Positions 27,701-36,249 of a stretch of 64,000 bases of DNA are shown here, piece after piece. The DNA is from Clostridia bacterium (GTDB lineage Bacteria > Bacillota > Clostridia > Oscillospirales > CAG-272), in contig JAFRQK010000027.1 of NCBI GenBank assembly GCA_017428635.1, forward strand, positions 6,748 through 70,747, written 5' to 3'. Both the position numbers and the translations under genes were made by a program. Positions within the stretch are counted from its first letter, which is position 1. Each line of letters opens with the position of its first letter. The notes below the pieces were generated by a model. That model saw only the letters and a program-made list of their open reading frames with translations, made no database searches and had not been told where the DNA came from.

Positions 27701-29628
27701 ACGTTATGGGAGACGAGCGGCCCCGAAACTTCGACTTTAAGGGCGCCCATATTGCCGATACGCAGGTTCGTGAGGGTGAAGAGGTTGTTGTCGACGACCA
27801 CGCCCGTTCCGGTGCCGAACTTATCCGTGGAATTCTGTCCGCGTATCCGCAGACCTTCCGCCGCGCACGTTGAGAACGTCGAATTCTTTACGGTCACGTC
27901 GAAAGGCACGCTCATTTTACCGCCTTCGATGGACACCATGCTTTCAGCGGTACATCCGGAGAACGTGCATCCGTCGATCGTCATTCCGCGCGGATGACCG
28001 TCCGCTTTTATCATATAACCGGTCGCGTTCTTGAAATCAAGGCCGCGGAACGTCAGATATTCCGTTCCGTATATCGTTATCATGTCCGCGCCGCCGGTGA
28101 AGTGGTAGTCGCCCGACGGGGAGAAGACGTAAAACGTACCGGTGTTCTTATCGATCCAGTATTCTCCCGCGGCGTCGAGTTCTTCGGACGCGTTTACGAG
28201 AGCCGTCTTGTTCCAGAACGCGCTGTCGAATTCCGGATAGCGGAGGGAGCCCATCCTCGCGCTTTCGGGATGAGTGATGAGGAAATCAAAATCACCGGTT
28301 TCCGGATCGACCGTATATCCTCCCGTTTCAAGAAGATCCTTGTACCAGCCGGTCGTAAGGTATCCGTAGAGGTACAGTTCTTCGGGAGCATGGTATTTCA
28401 CGATCCTGTTCTTAAAATGCGAAAGCGATATCCTGATCTGGGTTTCGCTGATCGTATATCCGCATCCCTTCATCAGATCGTCCGTTCCGTCGGGGAATTT
28501 GTTGGGGTAACGCGCGAGAGTGCAATCGCCGTCGTCTCCCGTGACCATAAGAGACGCGGGATCGTAATTTGTCAGTCTGTCCGAAACGTCGGTTTTTTTG
28601 ATCTTGTCGGCTGATTTTGCGGGGAACAGACTTTTTTCGTCCGCGCTGATCTCTTTCAGCTCGGAAGAGGCCACGTCGAAACCGTTGTTGAAAACGACGT
28701 CCCCGTCGCCGTATTTGCAGAAGATCACGGGGCAGTCTGCGGTACCGGAATCCGCGGCGGTCAGGCTGACCGACAGCGCGCCGTATTCTCCCGCCATGAA
28801 GGCGACGGTAACGGAGCCCTTTGCGGCTGTCTTCTCTACGCCGCGCGCCGCCTCGATCGCTTTGCCGAACGTGGCGAACGGATGCTCGAAGGATCCGTCG
28901 TTCTCGTCGCTTCCCGCGGTCGATACGTAAAAGTCCGCGTTTTTTACGAGCGGATATTCCGCTTCTGCGAACGTACTCAGCGGAGCGGGTTCGTTGTACG
29001 CGAGTTTCACGTTCTCGTCGAATCTCTTGAGGATAGCGGCAAGCTGTTCGCGCGTCGCGGGACCTCCGGGTACGAGCGTTTTGTCCGTGACGCCGTTGAT
29101 AAGACCCGCCGAAACGGCCCATGCGAAGGCGTCGGCGGCCCAGCCGCTGATCTTTGTTCCGTCGCTGTATCCCGAGAGGTCGGCTCTGCCCGATACGGAG
29201 TAGCCTTTGTACGTGGAATAGCGGAAAAGCATCGCCGCGAGCTGTTCGCGCGTGATCGGTCCGTCGGGGTTGAATCTGTCAGCCGACACGCCCGTCACGA
29301 CGCCGGAGTCTTTCGCCCAAATCACCGGGACGGAGTACCATTTGTTTCCCGGAACGTCCTTGAAATCGGATCTGAACGCCGTGTCCGGTTCGCCCTCGAT
29401 ACGCCACAGAACGGTGACGACCATGGCGCGCGTCGTCGTCCCCGAGGGATCGAAACGGTTCCCGCCGACGCCTTTAAGGTATCCGGCTTTCACCGCGTAG
29501 TTTATGTATTCCTCGCTCCATCTTCCCGGTTTGACGTCGATGAACGACGCCGCCGACGCGGGCAGAGAGGCAGCAAGTGCGCAAGCCGTCATAATAACGG
29601 CGAGCAAAAGAGAAAGCAGTTTTTTCAT
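24799..29628 (-). CDS. Giant secreted protein: three N-terminal SLH repeats + two tandem beta-helix modules joined by a (Glu-Pro)n linker
   Basis: 1609 aa with a signal peptide. Module 1 starts NADFYVSTAGSDENDGSFEHPFATFGKAIEAA and ends DYHFEKIGRY. Linker PVPAPEPEPEPEPLV (~26878-26920). Module 2 starts DADFYVSTTGSDSNDGSLAHPFRTMNKAVEAV and ends IQFEKIGRY. Confidence 0.75.
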   Translation of the reverse strand: MKKLLSLLLAVIMTACALAASLPASAASFIDVKPGRWSEEYINYAVKAGYLKGVGGNRFDPSGTTTRAMVVTVLWRIEGEPDTAFRSDFKDVPGNKWYSVPVIWAKDSGVVTGVSADRFNPDGPITREQLAAMLFRYSTYKGYSVSGRADLSGYSDGTKISGWAADAFAWAVSAGLINGVTDKTLVPGGPATREQLAAILKRFDENVKLAYNEPAPLSTFAEAEYPLVKNADFYVSTAGSDENDGSFEHPFATFGKAIEAARGVEKTAAKGSVTVAFMAGEYGALSVSLTAADSGTADCPVIFCKYGDGDVVFNNGFDVASSELKEISADEKSLFPAKSADKIKKTDVSDRLTNYDPASLMVTGDDGDCTLARYPNKFPDGTDDLMKGCGYTISETQIRISLSHFKNRIVKYHAPEELYLYGYLTTGWYKDLLETGGYTVDPETGDFDFLITHPESARMGSLRYPEFDSAFWNKTALVNASEELDAAGEYWIDKNTGTFYVFSPSGDYHFTGGADMITIYGTEYLTFRGLDFKNATGYMIKADGHPRGMTIDGCTFSGCTAESMVSIEGGKMSVPFDVTVKNSTFSTCAAEGLRIRGQNSTDKFGTGTGVVVDNNLFTLTNLRIGNMGALKVEVSGPLVSHNVFKKCFWEGIDFRGASNMIAEYNVLDEVCYNGDDTGAMNNWNSVDCCGNIVRYNLFMNIGGGTNGRNSLYLDDTAGTTVESNIFYNVDCTALNNGISKYNVFKNNVIIQPRENYGTGCAYRTEATLITEENMAAGTPDGILSTEFYKRWKNAFEYFDSHPDVKAQAAEMWPGYFDISLDLDDWQKPEFCMNSSLVITGNVEINRAGAVGEYDETISKYSTIENNVGYTTAENPMFVNPTAGDYSLREGVDFPDYHFEKIGRYPVPAPEPEPEPEPLVYNPPVIVSRYTEKDYPLVTDADFYVSTTGSDSNDGSLAHPFRTMNKAVEAVRAIPKTAEKGGVKVAFMAGEYGTLRVSMTAEDSGTPECPVIYCKYGDGDVVFNNGIDLTPDSFSDLDESDRALFNNKAADKIKKCDISSLFDKGLDKDTLFVFSDDWICTVARYPNKHEDGADQLFASGETFSSTALQITHPMLVRRLASYSPETVAKMKIYGYIIRGYRKDTFKAASFDPNTGVLEIANWETSEFGVMRSGWRGADGNGIKLCILDVPYELDAKDEYWVDDETGTIYFFNPNGEYHIPAEGTMISMDHTDDITFRGLSFRNTTGQFIGAEMSHGITIDLCEFKGVSSTAGVRIYNCSKERSFDIAITNSEFSCAYGASAYVNGRCADADRYTKHANVLFDNNLVRSSNLVYDVENAVDFPYNNDLTVTHNSFVHSSRGAVSFSKSYNVLIEYNDFDSVMINSEDGGAVYSNGNVDGRHIKVCHNFFNYMPPDGTGTFGYYVDDNTAGVDIYENLFYYAACPVMLHLGRDNVVHDNVFIDKVGAVLSNGHRSVFEAEGIEQGLKDGDVRKALKAYTTLFENIDKYPEYRAGVEIWSPEVLDYHFDYDNMDDPNFVFNPVNTIVDNVYINNTGAVDELTDKYQIKYVTIGGLRGYTLDENPFFVNPTAGDYRIKAGADIKDIQFEKIGRY

Positions 29629-29670
29629 TTTTGAGTTCCTTTCCTTGAAGCGGAATCAATCTACGTTCCA

Positions 29671-29699
29671 ATTATATCAAAGTGTAAATAATAATGCAA
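29671..29699 (-). promoter_or_regulatory. Promoter of the 1609-aa SLH gene (TTGCAT-17 nt-TATAAT, with a TGn extension)
   Basis: Minus strand: -35 at 29699-29694 and -10 at 29676-29671, preceded by TGA. Confidence 0.55.
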
Positions 29700-29702
29700 T
29701 TA

Positions 29703-29740
29703 AAATATAAAAGCCCGGGCGGCGATTTTTGCCGTCCGGG
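29703..29740 (-). terminator. Terminator after the radical SAM gene
   Basis: Minus strand CCCGGACGGC-AAAAATC-GCCGCCCGGG (one wobble), then CTTTTATATTTT. Confidence 0.7.
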
Positions 29741-29757
29741 TCGCGTATTGTTCTTCG

Positions 29758-30666
29758 CTAGTCCCACTCCGGGGTGAACGCCGCCGTCGCGGAGTCACGC
29801 TCCTGCATGAAGCCGTCGAATCCGAGGCGGAGCGCCTCGGCTCTCACCGTTTCGTACTCGAAAGTCGTGACGCGGCGGCGCATGACGCGGTCGAGTTCGG
29901 GATCTCCCGTTTTCAGGTAAAACTCCGGCGTGTACTGGCTCATCAGCGAAAGAAGAACGGAGGATGAGCCGACCGTCCCGGCGACCTTTTTAAGGACGGC
30001 GAGAGAATCGTCTTTTTGTCCCGGCAGGACGAGGTGGCGTACGATGACGCCCGACCTCATTATCCCGTCGTCGCCGGTCACGGGATCGCCCGCCGTTTTT
30101 ACCATCTCGCGGAGAGACGATAAAGCGAACTCCCCGTAATCCGGAACTCCCGTCAGGCGGCGGGAGAGGGAGGAAGACAAGAACTTGAAATCGGTGAGAA
30201 AGACGTCGACGGTCCCTTTGAGGGACGCTATCGTTTCCGGCCTCTCATACCCTCCGGTATTCCATACGACCGGAAGGGAAAAACCGCTCTCGCGCGCTTT
30301 TTTTACCGCCCGGATCAGAAGATCGGAAAACGGGGTGGGGGAGACGAGATCAAGCGTCGCGGCGCCTTTTTCGGCAAGCGCCGAAAAAGTATCGGCGAGA
30401 TCGTCTTCGGTCATTACCTTTCCGACTTTTCCCGCGTTCTCCCGGCGGGAGATATCCCCGTTCTGGCAGAAGACGCATCCGAGCGGGCAGCCGGCGAAGA
30501 AGACGGCTCCGCTCCCGCCCCCGCCGGATATCACGGGTTCCTCCCAGCGGTGGATCATGACGCGCGCGACGCGGGGGAGAGCGCCGCATCCGCAGACGCC
30601 CTCCCCCTTCGTTCTGTCCGCTCCGCACCGGCGGGGGCAGAGCGCGCAGCTTTTATTTTCTTCCAT
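29758..30666 (-). CDS. Radical SAM protein, PflX-like (COG1313) putative glycyl-radical-enzyme activase family
   Basis: N-terminal CALCPRRCGADR...GVCG. HRWEEPVISG. Cluster motif CPLGCVFCQN. 302 aa. Confidence 0.75.
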   Translation of the reverse strand: MEENKSCALCPRRCGADRTKGEGVCGCGALPRVARVMIHRWEEPVISGGGGSGAVFFAGCPLGCVFCQNGDISRRENAGKVGKVMTEDDLADTFSALAEKGAATLDLVSPTPFSDLLIRAVKKARESGFSLPVVWNTGGYERPETIASLKGTVDVFLTDFKFLSSSLSRRLTGVPDYGEFALSSLREMVKTAGDPVTGDDGIMRSGVIVRHLVLPGQKDDSLAVLKKVAGTVGSSSVLLSLMSQYTPEFYLKTGDPELDRVMRRRVTTFEYETVRAEALRLGFDGFMQERDSATAAFTPEWD

Positions 30667-32104
30667 TTTTCTCGGAGAGCATCGTGTTCTTTATATCCCA
30701 CAGACGCTGCGACAGGTCGACGTAATAGTTGTGCGGGTTCTCGAACCTCAAAACCTCGTCCCACATCGTGTCGATCTCGCGCTTGCAGTGATCGCGGATC
30801 TCGCGCAGATCCGGGAATTCGTAAACGCGTTTTCCGTTTTTGAATATCGGTATCAAAAGCTCGCGCGAGGTAAAATTCGTCAGAGTGCATCTCTTCCACG
30901 TGTATTCCGGGTCGAAGATCTCGTACGGCTCTCTGTCGTCGATCGACTCGTCGAAGAGGCAGATCAGGTCCGCCTCCGCCTTTCCCGTTTCGTTGGAGTA
31001 GAAGCGGTATACTTTCTTGAAATGCGGATTCGTGATCTTGTCGGTGTTCTCGGAGATTTTGATCCTCGGCGTGATCTTCCCGTTCTCCTCGACGGCGGCG
31101 AGCTTGTAGACGAATCCGAAGACGGCGTCGCTCTTCGCGGTTATGAGCCGCTCGCCTATCCCGAACGAGTCGATGACCGCGCCCTGCGCGAGCAGTTCGT
31201 TGATGAGGTATTCGTCGAGCGAGTTGGAGATCGTTATCGTGCAGTCGGTGAGTCCCTCTTCGTCGAGGATCTTTCTCGCCTTTTTCGTGATGTACGTGAT
31301 GTCTCCTGAGTCGATGCGGATGGCGCACTTCTTTTTGCCCATAGGCCACAGGACGTTCTTGACCGCCTTGACGGCGTTCGGAATGCCCGATCCGAATACG
31401 CTGTACGTGTCGACGAGGAGCGTCGGGTTGTCGGGATACAGACGGCAGTAAGTCTCGAAAGCTTCGTACTCCGAGTCGAACATCTGGACCCACGAGTGAG
31501 CCATCGTTCCGCCCGCCGGCACGCCGTAGAGCTTGTCGGACAGGGCGCACGCCGTTCCCGCGCATCCGCCGATATACGCCGCGCGCGCTCCGAGCACCGC
31601 GGCGGACTCGCCGTGCGCTCTGCGCGAGCCGAACTCGGCGATCGGTCTGCCTTTCGCGGCGCGGACCATCCTCGACGCCTTCGTCGCGATCAGCGACTGG
31701 TGGTTGAACTGGAGCAGACAGTACGTCTCGATCAGCTGCGCCTCGATCACGGGCGCGCGTACCGTCATAACGGGCTCGCGCGGGAAGATCACCGTTCCCT
31801 CGGGAACGGACCAGATATCTCCCGTGAAGCGGAAAGTTCTCAAAAACTCGAGAAACTTCTCGTCGAAGATCTTTCTGCCGCGCAGATATTCGATGTCGCT
31901 CTCGGTGAAGTGCAGATTCTCGACGTACTCGGCGATCTGGCGCAGGCCCGCGGCGATCGCGAAGCCGCCTCCGTCGGGCACTTTTCTGAAGAAAACGTCG
32001 AAATAGGCGATCCTGTCGCGGACGGGGGAATTGAAATAACCGCGACCCATCGTCAGCTCGTAAAAGTCGCACAGAAGAGCGAGTGAGTATTCGTCCCGTA
32101 TCAT
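30653..32104 (-). CDS. pncB: Nicotinate phosphoribosyltransferase
   Basis: 483 aa. N-terminal YSLALLCDFYELTMGRGYF. Typical size and layout of Firmicute PncB. Overlaps thiI by 4 nt. Confidence 0.9.
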   Translation of the reverse strand: MIRDEYSLALLCDFYELTMGRGYFNSPVRDRIAYFDVFFRKVPDGGGFAIAAGLRQIAEYVENLHFTESDIEYLRGRKIFDEKFLEFLRTFRFTGDIWSVPEGTVIFPREPVMTVRAPVIEAQLIETYCLLQFNHQSLIATKASRMVRAAKGRPIAEFGSRRAHGESAAVLGARAAYIGGCAGTACALSDKLYGVPAGGTMAHSWVQMFDSEYEAFETYCRLYPDNPTLLVDTYSVFGSGIPNAVKAVKNVLWPMGKKKCAIRIDSGDITYITKKARKILDEEGLTDCTITISNSLDEYLINELLAQGAVIDSFGIGERLITAKSDAVFGFVYKLAAVEENGKITPRIKISENTDKITNPHFKKVYRFYSNETGKAEADLICLFDESIDDREPYEIFDPEYTWKRCTLTNFTSRELLIPIFKNGKRVYEFPDLREIRDHCKREIDTMWDEVLRFENPHNYYVDLSQRLWDIKNTMLSEKNGRK

Positions 32105-33309
32105 TCCTGTTCCGTTCCTTTCCTGTATTCGTACTGTCTTATATCTTTGTGGTATCTCTGCCCAAAAGCCGCGTCTTCAAGAGCGGCAACGTCGAGTTTC
32201 TTCTCCTCGGCGAGGACGCGGTCGAGTTCCGGTTTCGTCTTCGGGTGGCGCGGGGTGAAAACGGTGCAGCAGTCCTCGTAGGGGAGGATCGAGGTCTCGT
32301 ACGTTCCGATCGCTCGCGAGATGCGGACGATCTCGTCTTTGTCTAGCCCGATGCACGGGCGGAAGATCGGAAGGGAAGATGCGTCCTCCGTCGCGCACAT
32401 CGCTTTCATCGTCTGCGAGGCGACCTGACCGAGGCTCTCTCCGGTGATCAGCACGTCCGCCTCGTTCTCCGCGGCGATCCTGCACGCGAGACGCATCATG
32501 AACCGGCGCAGAAGTATCGTGAAATACGGCTCGTCGCACGTGTCGCGTATCGCCTCCTGTATCTCCGTCAGGGAGACGACGTGGACGCGCACCATGCCGC
32601 AGTATTCGGTGAGCAGTTTGGCGAGCGAGAACACTTTGTCGCGGGCGAGTTCGCTCGTGTACGGAAAGCTCTCGAAGTGAACGGCGTCTACGAATAGACC
32701 GCGCTTCATCATCATATATCCGGCGACGGGAGAATCGATCCCGCCCGAAAGGAGAAGGAGCCCGCGCCCGCCGGTCCCGACGGGGATGCCGCCTGCGCCC
32801 GGTTCCTGTCCCGCGTGGATATACGCGTATTTGTCCCTGATCTCGACGCGTACCGTGACGTCGGGATGATCGAGGTCGACCTTGAGAGCCGGCATCGCCT
32901 CGAGGATCGCGCCGCCGACCTCGGCGGCGACCTCGGGCGAGGTCAGCGGGAACCGCTTGTCGCTCCTCTTCGCCTCGGCGCGGAACGTGACTGCGCCCGC
33001 GAGTTTTTCGGGAAGGTATTCGGCGGCGGTCGCACAGATCGCGCCGATCTCTTTTTCGCACACGGCGGCGAGACAGACGGCTGCGAAGCCGAACACGTGC
33101 TTTATCGTACCGTACAGTTCGCGCACGGAGAACTCGGCCGCCTCGTCGAGCGGCTCGACGTAGACGGTGCTCTGCATATATCTGACGGAGAAATTGCCGT
33201 ACCGCGCTGCGCGTCGCTTGACTTCCTTCAAGAGTTTGCTCTCAAAGGACGCCTTGTTAGCGCCTTTCAGTATTATCTCCCCGTATTTGCACAGAATGAC
33301 TTCTTTCAT
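32101..33309 (-). CDS. thiI: tRNA 4-thiouridine(8) synthase ThiI
   Basis: Family N-terminus MKEVILCKYGEIILKG. THUMP region. PP-loop SGGIDSPVA. The GTG at 33363 used by the track lies inside the predicted -10 region, so I use ATG 33309. Confidence 0.9.
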   Translation of the reverse strand: MKEVILCKYGEIILKGANKASFESKLLKEVKRRAARYGNFSVRYMQSTVYVEPLDEAAEFSVRELYGTIKHVFGFAAVCLAAVCEKEIGAICATAAEYLPEKLAGAVTFRAEAKRSDKRFPLTSPEVAAEVGGAILEAMPALKVDLDHPDVTVRVEIRDKYAYIHAGQEPGAGGIPVGTGGRGLLLLSGGIDSPVAGYMMMKRGLFVDAVHFESFPYTSELARDKVFSLAKLLTEYCGMVRVHVVSLTEIQEAIRDTCDEPYFTILLRRFMMRLACRIAAENEADVLITGESLGQVASQTMKAMCATEDASSLPIFRPCIGLDKDEIVRISRAIGTYETSILPYEDCCTVFTPRHPKTKPELDRVLAEEKKLDVAALEDAAFGQRYHKDIRQYEYRKGTEQE

Positions 33310-33353
33310 AAACAATTCGCGGACCGCGCCGCTCCTTTCATACTGTCGGTTAC

Positions 33354-33382
33354 AGTTTACCACTTTGCGGGGGAAAAATCAA
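33354..33382 (-). promoter_or_regulatory. Promoter of the thiI-pncB-pflX-like operon (TTGATT-17 nt-TAAACT, with a TGn extension)
   Basis: Minus strand: -35 at 33382-33377 and -10 at 33359-33354, preceded by TGG. Confidence 0.55.
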
Positions 33383-33414
33383 GAAAAAAGCCGGGTCGCG
33401 ACCGCGATCCGGCT
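33383..33414 (-). terminator. Terminator after pduL
   Basis: Minus strand AGCCGGATCGCG-GT-CGCGACCCGGCT (one mismatch), then TTTTTTC. Confidence 0.75.
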
Positions 33415-33427
33415 TTGTCCTGCGTTC

Positions 33428-34000
33428 TTATTTTATGATCTCGCCGTAGCACTCTCCGAAAGCGCACGCGGCGTTGCTCTCGTCGGTGTCGATGTGCATC
33501 GCGGCGGCGAACTTCGGGCTGACGCGGACGACGACGTCGCCGAAGACGGTCGATCTGTCCGCGGAGTCGATCTTAACGGAGACGATCTGCCTGTCCTCGA
33601 CGCCGAACTGCTCTGCGTCTTCGGGGGTTAAGTGGATGTGACGCTTCGCGGCGATCACGCCCTCTTCGATGTCGATCTCGCCTGCGGGGCCTACGATCTT
33701 GATGCCGGGGGTGCCGGCGATGTCGCCCGACTCTCTGACGGGAGCGGCGACTCCGAGCGTGCGGGCGTCGGTCAGGGAGACCTCGACCTGAGTCGCGGGA
33801 CGCACGGGGCCGAGAATGCTGACGTTTGCGATCGACTTTTTCGGTCCTACGAGGGTGACTCTCTCCTCGGACGCGAACTGTCCGGGCTGGGAGAGCATTT
33901 TCTTAACCGTAAGCGTCGCGCCTTTGCCGAAGAGAGCTTCGACGTGCTCCTCGGTGAGGTGAACGTGACGCGCGGAGGTTTCGACGAGTACTTTTGCCAT
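33428..34000 (-). CDS. pduL: Phosphate propanoyl/acetyl-transferase PduL
   Basis: 190 aa with two PduL repeats. ETSARHVHLTEEHVEALFG, QPGQFASEERVTLVGPK, ILGPVRPATQVEVSLTDA, and a second AAKRHIHLTPEDAEQFG. Confidence 0.85.
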   Translation of the reverse strand: MAKVLVETSARHVHLTEEHVEALFGKGATLTVKKMLSQPGQFASEERVTLVGPKKSIANVSILGPVRPATQVEVSLTDARTLGVAAPVRESGDIAGTPGIKIVGPAGEIDIEEGVIAAKRHIHLTPEDAEQFGVEDRQIVSVKIDSADRSTVFGDVVVRVSPKFAAAMHIDTDESNAACAFGECYGEIIK

Positions 34001-34038
34001 TTTTATCTTTCCTTTCGATTTCTTTATTTTCCCGATAT

Positions 34039-34067
34039 ATGATACAACTTTCAGAGCGCGATGTCAA
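34039..34067 (-). promoter_or_regulatory. Candidate pduL promoter (TTGACA-17 nt-TATCAT)
   Basis: Minus strand: -35 at 34067-34062 and -10 at 34044-34039. Confidence 0.5.
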
Positions 34068-34165
34068 CTCCTTTCGGCACAGTCGAAACGCGCCCGCCGT
34101 TCATATAATGACAAAGCGGGAGGACCGCGCGGCTTCCCGCGAAAAAAGAATACGGAGAATAAAAA

Positions 34166-35017
34166 ATGGCAGAATTTTCAAATCAGGCGACGCTGTCGTA
34201 CGGCGGCGTCGTTAAGTCCTCGAACGTCGTCACCGGCGAGATCGTCGGCGTCCTTACCGTGACGAAAACGGCGGTCGGAACGGAATATACGCCCGGGGGC
34301 AGCGTGACGTATATCGTCAGCATCGTGAACTCCGGCTCGGCGGACGCCTCCGGGATCACCGTCACGGACGACCTAGGCGCTTACGGCGGAACGCCGGAAA
34401 AAGCGGCGTACGTTCCGCTTTCCTACGTCGACGGCACGGTAAAACTTTTCGTCGGCGGCGTACCGGGAACGGCTCCTTCCGTCACGTCGGGCGCCTCGCT
34501 CGTTTTCGGCGGGATCACCGTTCCCGCGGGCGGGAACGTCATGCTCGTATACGAGACGGAGGTCACGGCGGAGGCGGACGGTACGGCGGGAGCCGAGATC
34601 GTCAACACCGTCACCGCCGAGGGCACGGGATTCGATCCCGTCACGGCGTCCGCTGCCGTCCCGGTCGCCGAGGGACCCGTCCTCGCCCTTACGAAAGCGC
34701 TCACGCCTCAGACCGTGTCGGAGAACGGCACGCTGACGTACACGTTTACCCTGACGAACACGGGCAACGCGGAGGCGGACGCCGCGACCGGCGTCGTCCT
34801 CGCCGACACGTTCGACCCGGTCCTTACGGGCGTTACGGTCACGTTGGGCGGCGCGGTATGGCCGGATACGAATTACGTCTACGACCCCGTCACCGGTTCG
34901 TTCACGACGAATTCCGGCGCGATCACCGTCCCCGCCGCGACGTTCGCGCGCGCTCCGGACGGCACGATGACCTCCGACCCCGGAGTCACCGTTATCACCG
35001 TTACCGGGACCGTATAA
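34166..35017 (+). CDS. DUF11 (conserved repeat domain) protein with no recognisable signal peptide
   Basis: Two DUF11-type repeats (TKTAVGTEYTPGGSVTYIVSIVNSGSADASGITVTDDLG; TKALTPQTVSENGTLTYTFTLTNTGNAEADAATGVVLADTFDP). The N-terminus MAEFSNQATLSYGG is not hydrophobic. Confidence 0.65.
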   Translation: MAEFSNQATLSYGGVVKSSNVVTGEIVGVLTVTKTAVGTEYTPGGSVTYIVSIVNSGSADASGITVTDDLGAYGGTPEKAAYVPLSYVDGTVKLFVGGVPGTAPSVTSGASLVFGGITVPAGGNVMLVYETEVTAEADGTAGAEIVNTVTAEGTGFDPVTASAAVPVAEGPVLALTKALTPQTVSENGTLTYTFTLTNTGNAEADAATGVVLADTFDPVLTGVTVTLGGAVWPDTNYVYDPVTGSFTTNSGAITVPAATFARAPDGTMTSDPGVTVITVTGTV

Positions 35018-35024
35018 AAAAAGA

Positions 35025-35056
35025 CCCGCCGGGCTCGCCCCCGGCGGGATCTTTAT
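35025..35056. terminator. Bidirectional terminator between convergent genes
   Basis: CCCGCCGGG-CTCGCC-CCCGGCGGG, with an A-run upstream and T-rich sequence downstream. Confidence 0.7.
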
Positions 35057-36249
35057 TTCATCTCTTTCGCCGCGGCGAGAAGGTCGTCGCGGTCGTTTTT
35101 TACTTTTTCCTCCGTCACGAGGAAGAGGAGTTTTTCAAGCACTTCGCCGATCTCTTTTCCCTCGACGGGGAGTACAGACCGGATATCTCCGCCTTTTACG
35201 GCGAGGTCGGATATCTTCACGGGGTCGCCGCGGGATAAGATCTCTTCCGCGAGCGCGGCGGCGTCCTTCGCCGTCCGGTCGCCGCGGGAGGAGCGGATAT
35301 CGGCGGCGCGTCTTACGGTGATGGCGCCGACGGCACCGAGCAGCCGTCTCATCGCGGGAGGCGCGTCGGGCAGCGGTTCCGCCGAGAGACGAAGGGCGGC
35401 GGCGGCGTCCTCTCTGTCCGCGCGGCTCGTTTTGAGTTTTCTCATTCTCTCCGCCGTTCCGTCGCGGTCGAGGTCCGCTTCGGCGAACAGCAGAGCGAGG
35501 CGCGTTATATGGTCCTTTTCCGTTTTGTCGGCGGCGTCAGCCGCTCTTATGACGGCGTCCTCGGGAACGTCCGTCACGGCGCCGATCACGCAGGGGAACT
35601 CTCTCATTATCCTAGCGGCGCCCGGGCCGACAAGCAGGCGCGTCAGCTCGGAATAAATCCTCTCCGCAGAAACGCGCATGAGAAGGGAAACGGAGCGCCT
35701 GACCGACTCCGCCGTCTTTTCCTCAACGGTGAAATCGAGACGAGAGGCGAAGCGCAGCGCGCGCAGAACGCGCAGGCCGTCCTCTCCGAACCGCTCGTCG
35801 GGTTCTCCGACGCAGGCGATCAGTTTTTGCCTCAGGTGTTCCTCACCGCCGAACAGGTCGATGAGACCCTCGCCGTCCGAGTACGCCATGGCGTTGACGG
35901 TGAAATCGCGGCGCGAAAGATCGGGCTCGATACCGTCCGTGAACCTGACGCCGTCCGGATGACGGCCGTCTGAGTACTCCCCGTCGATGCGGAACGTCGT
36001 GACCTCGACAGGCTCGCCGTCCGAGATCACGGTCAGCGTCCCGTGCTCTATCCCGGTCTCGACCGTTCTGAAACCCGAGAACGCCCTTTTCATCTCTTCC
36101 GGCAGAGCGTTCGTCGCCACGTCGTAGTCGTGAGGGATCTCACCGAGCAGGGAATCTCTGACGCACCCTCCGACGAGATACGCGGAATATCCCGCGCCGC
36201 GCAATGCGTCCGTTACTTTCTTAACAAACGAAGGAGCGGCGATCTTCAT
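35053..36249 (-). CDS. cca: CCA-adding tRNA nucleotidyltransferase (poly(A) polymerase family)
   Basis: YLVGGCVRDSLLGEIPHDYDVAT head-domain motif. RRDFTVNAM. 398 aa. Confidence 0.85.
   Translation of the reverse strand: MKIAAPSFVKKVTDALRGAGYSAYLVGGCVRDSLLGEIPHDYDVATNALPEEMKRAFSGFRTVETGIEHGTLTVISDGEPVEVTTFRIDGEYSDGRHPDGVRFTDGIEPDLSRRDFTVNAMAYSDGEGLIDLFGGEEHLRQKLIACVGEPDERFGEDGLRVLRALRFASRLDFTVEEKTAESVRRSVSLLMRVSAERIYSELTRLLVGPGAARIMREFPCVIGAVTDVPEDAVIRAADAADKTEKDHITRLALLFAEADLDRDGTAERMRKLKTSRADREDAAAALRLSAEPLPDAPPAMRRLLGAVGAITVRRAADIRSSRGDRTAKDAAALAEEILSRGDPVKISDLAVKGGDIRSVLPVEGKEIGEVLEKLLFLVTEEKVKNDRDDLLAAAKEMK

Noticed and set aside
30555-32072. 505-aa minus-strand ORF in an alternative frame of pncB
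   Set aside because: It is extremely Arg-rich (RRRLRDRRGPAPDRR...). The overlapping frame gives a full-length nicotinate phosphoribosyltransferase.
33428-34000. pduL as a marker of a bacterial microcompartment locus
   Set aside because: No shell-protein or diol/ethanolamine pathway genes flank it. It is a monocistronic unit, and more likely serves as the housekeeping phosphotransacylase.
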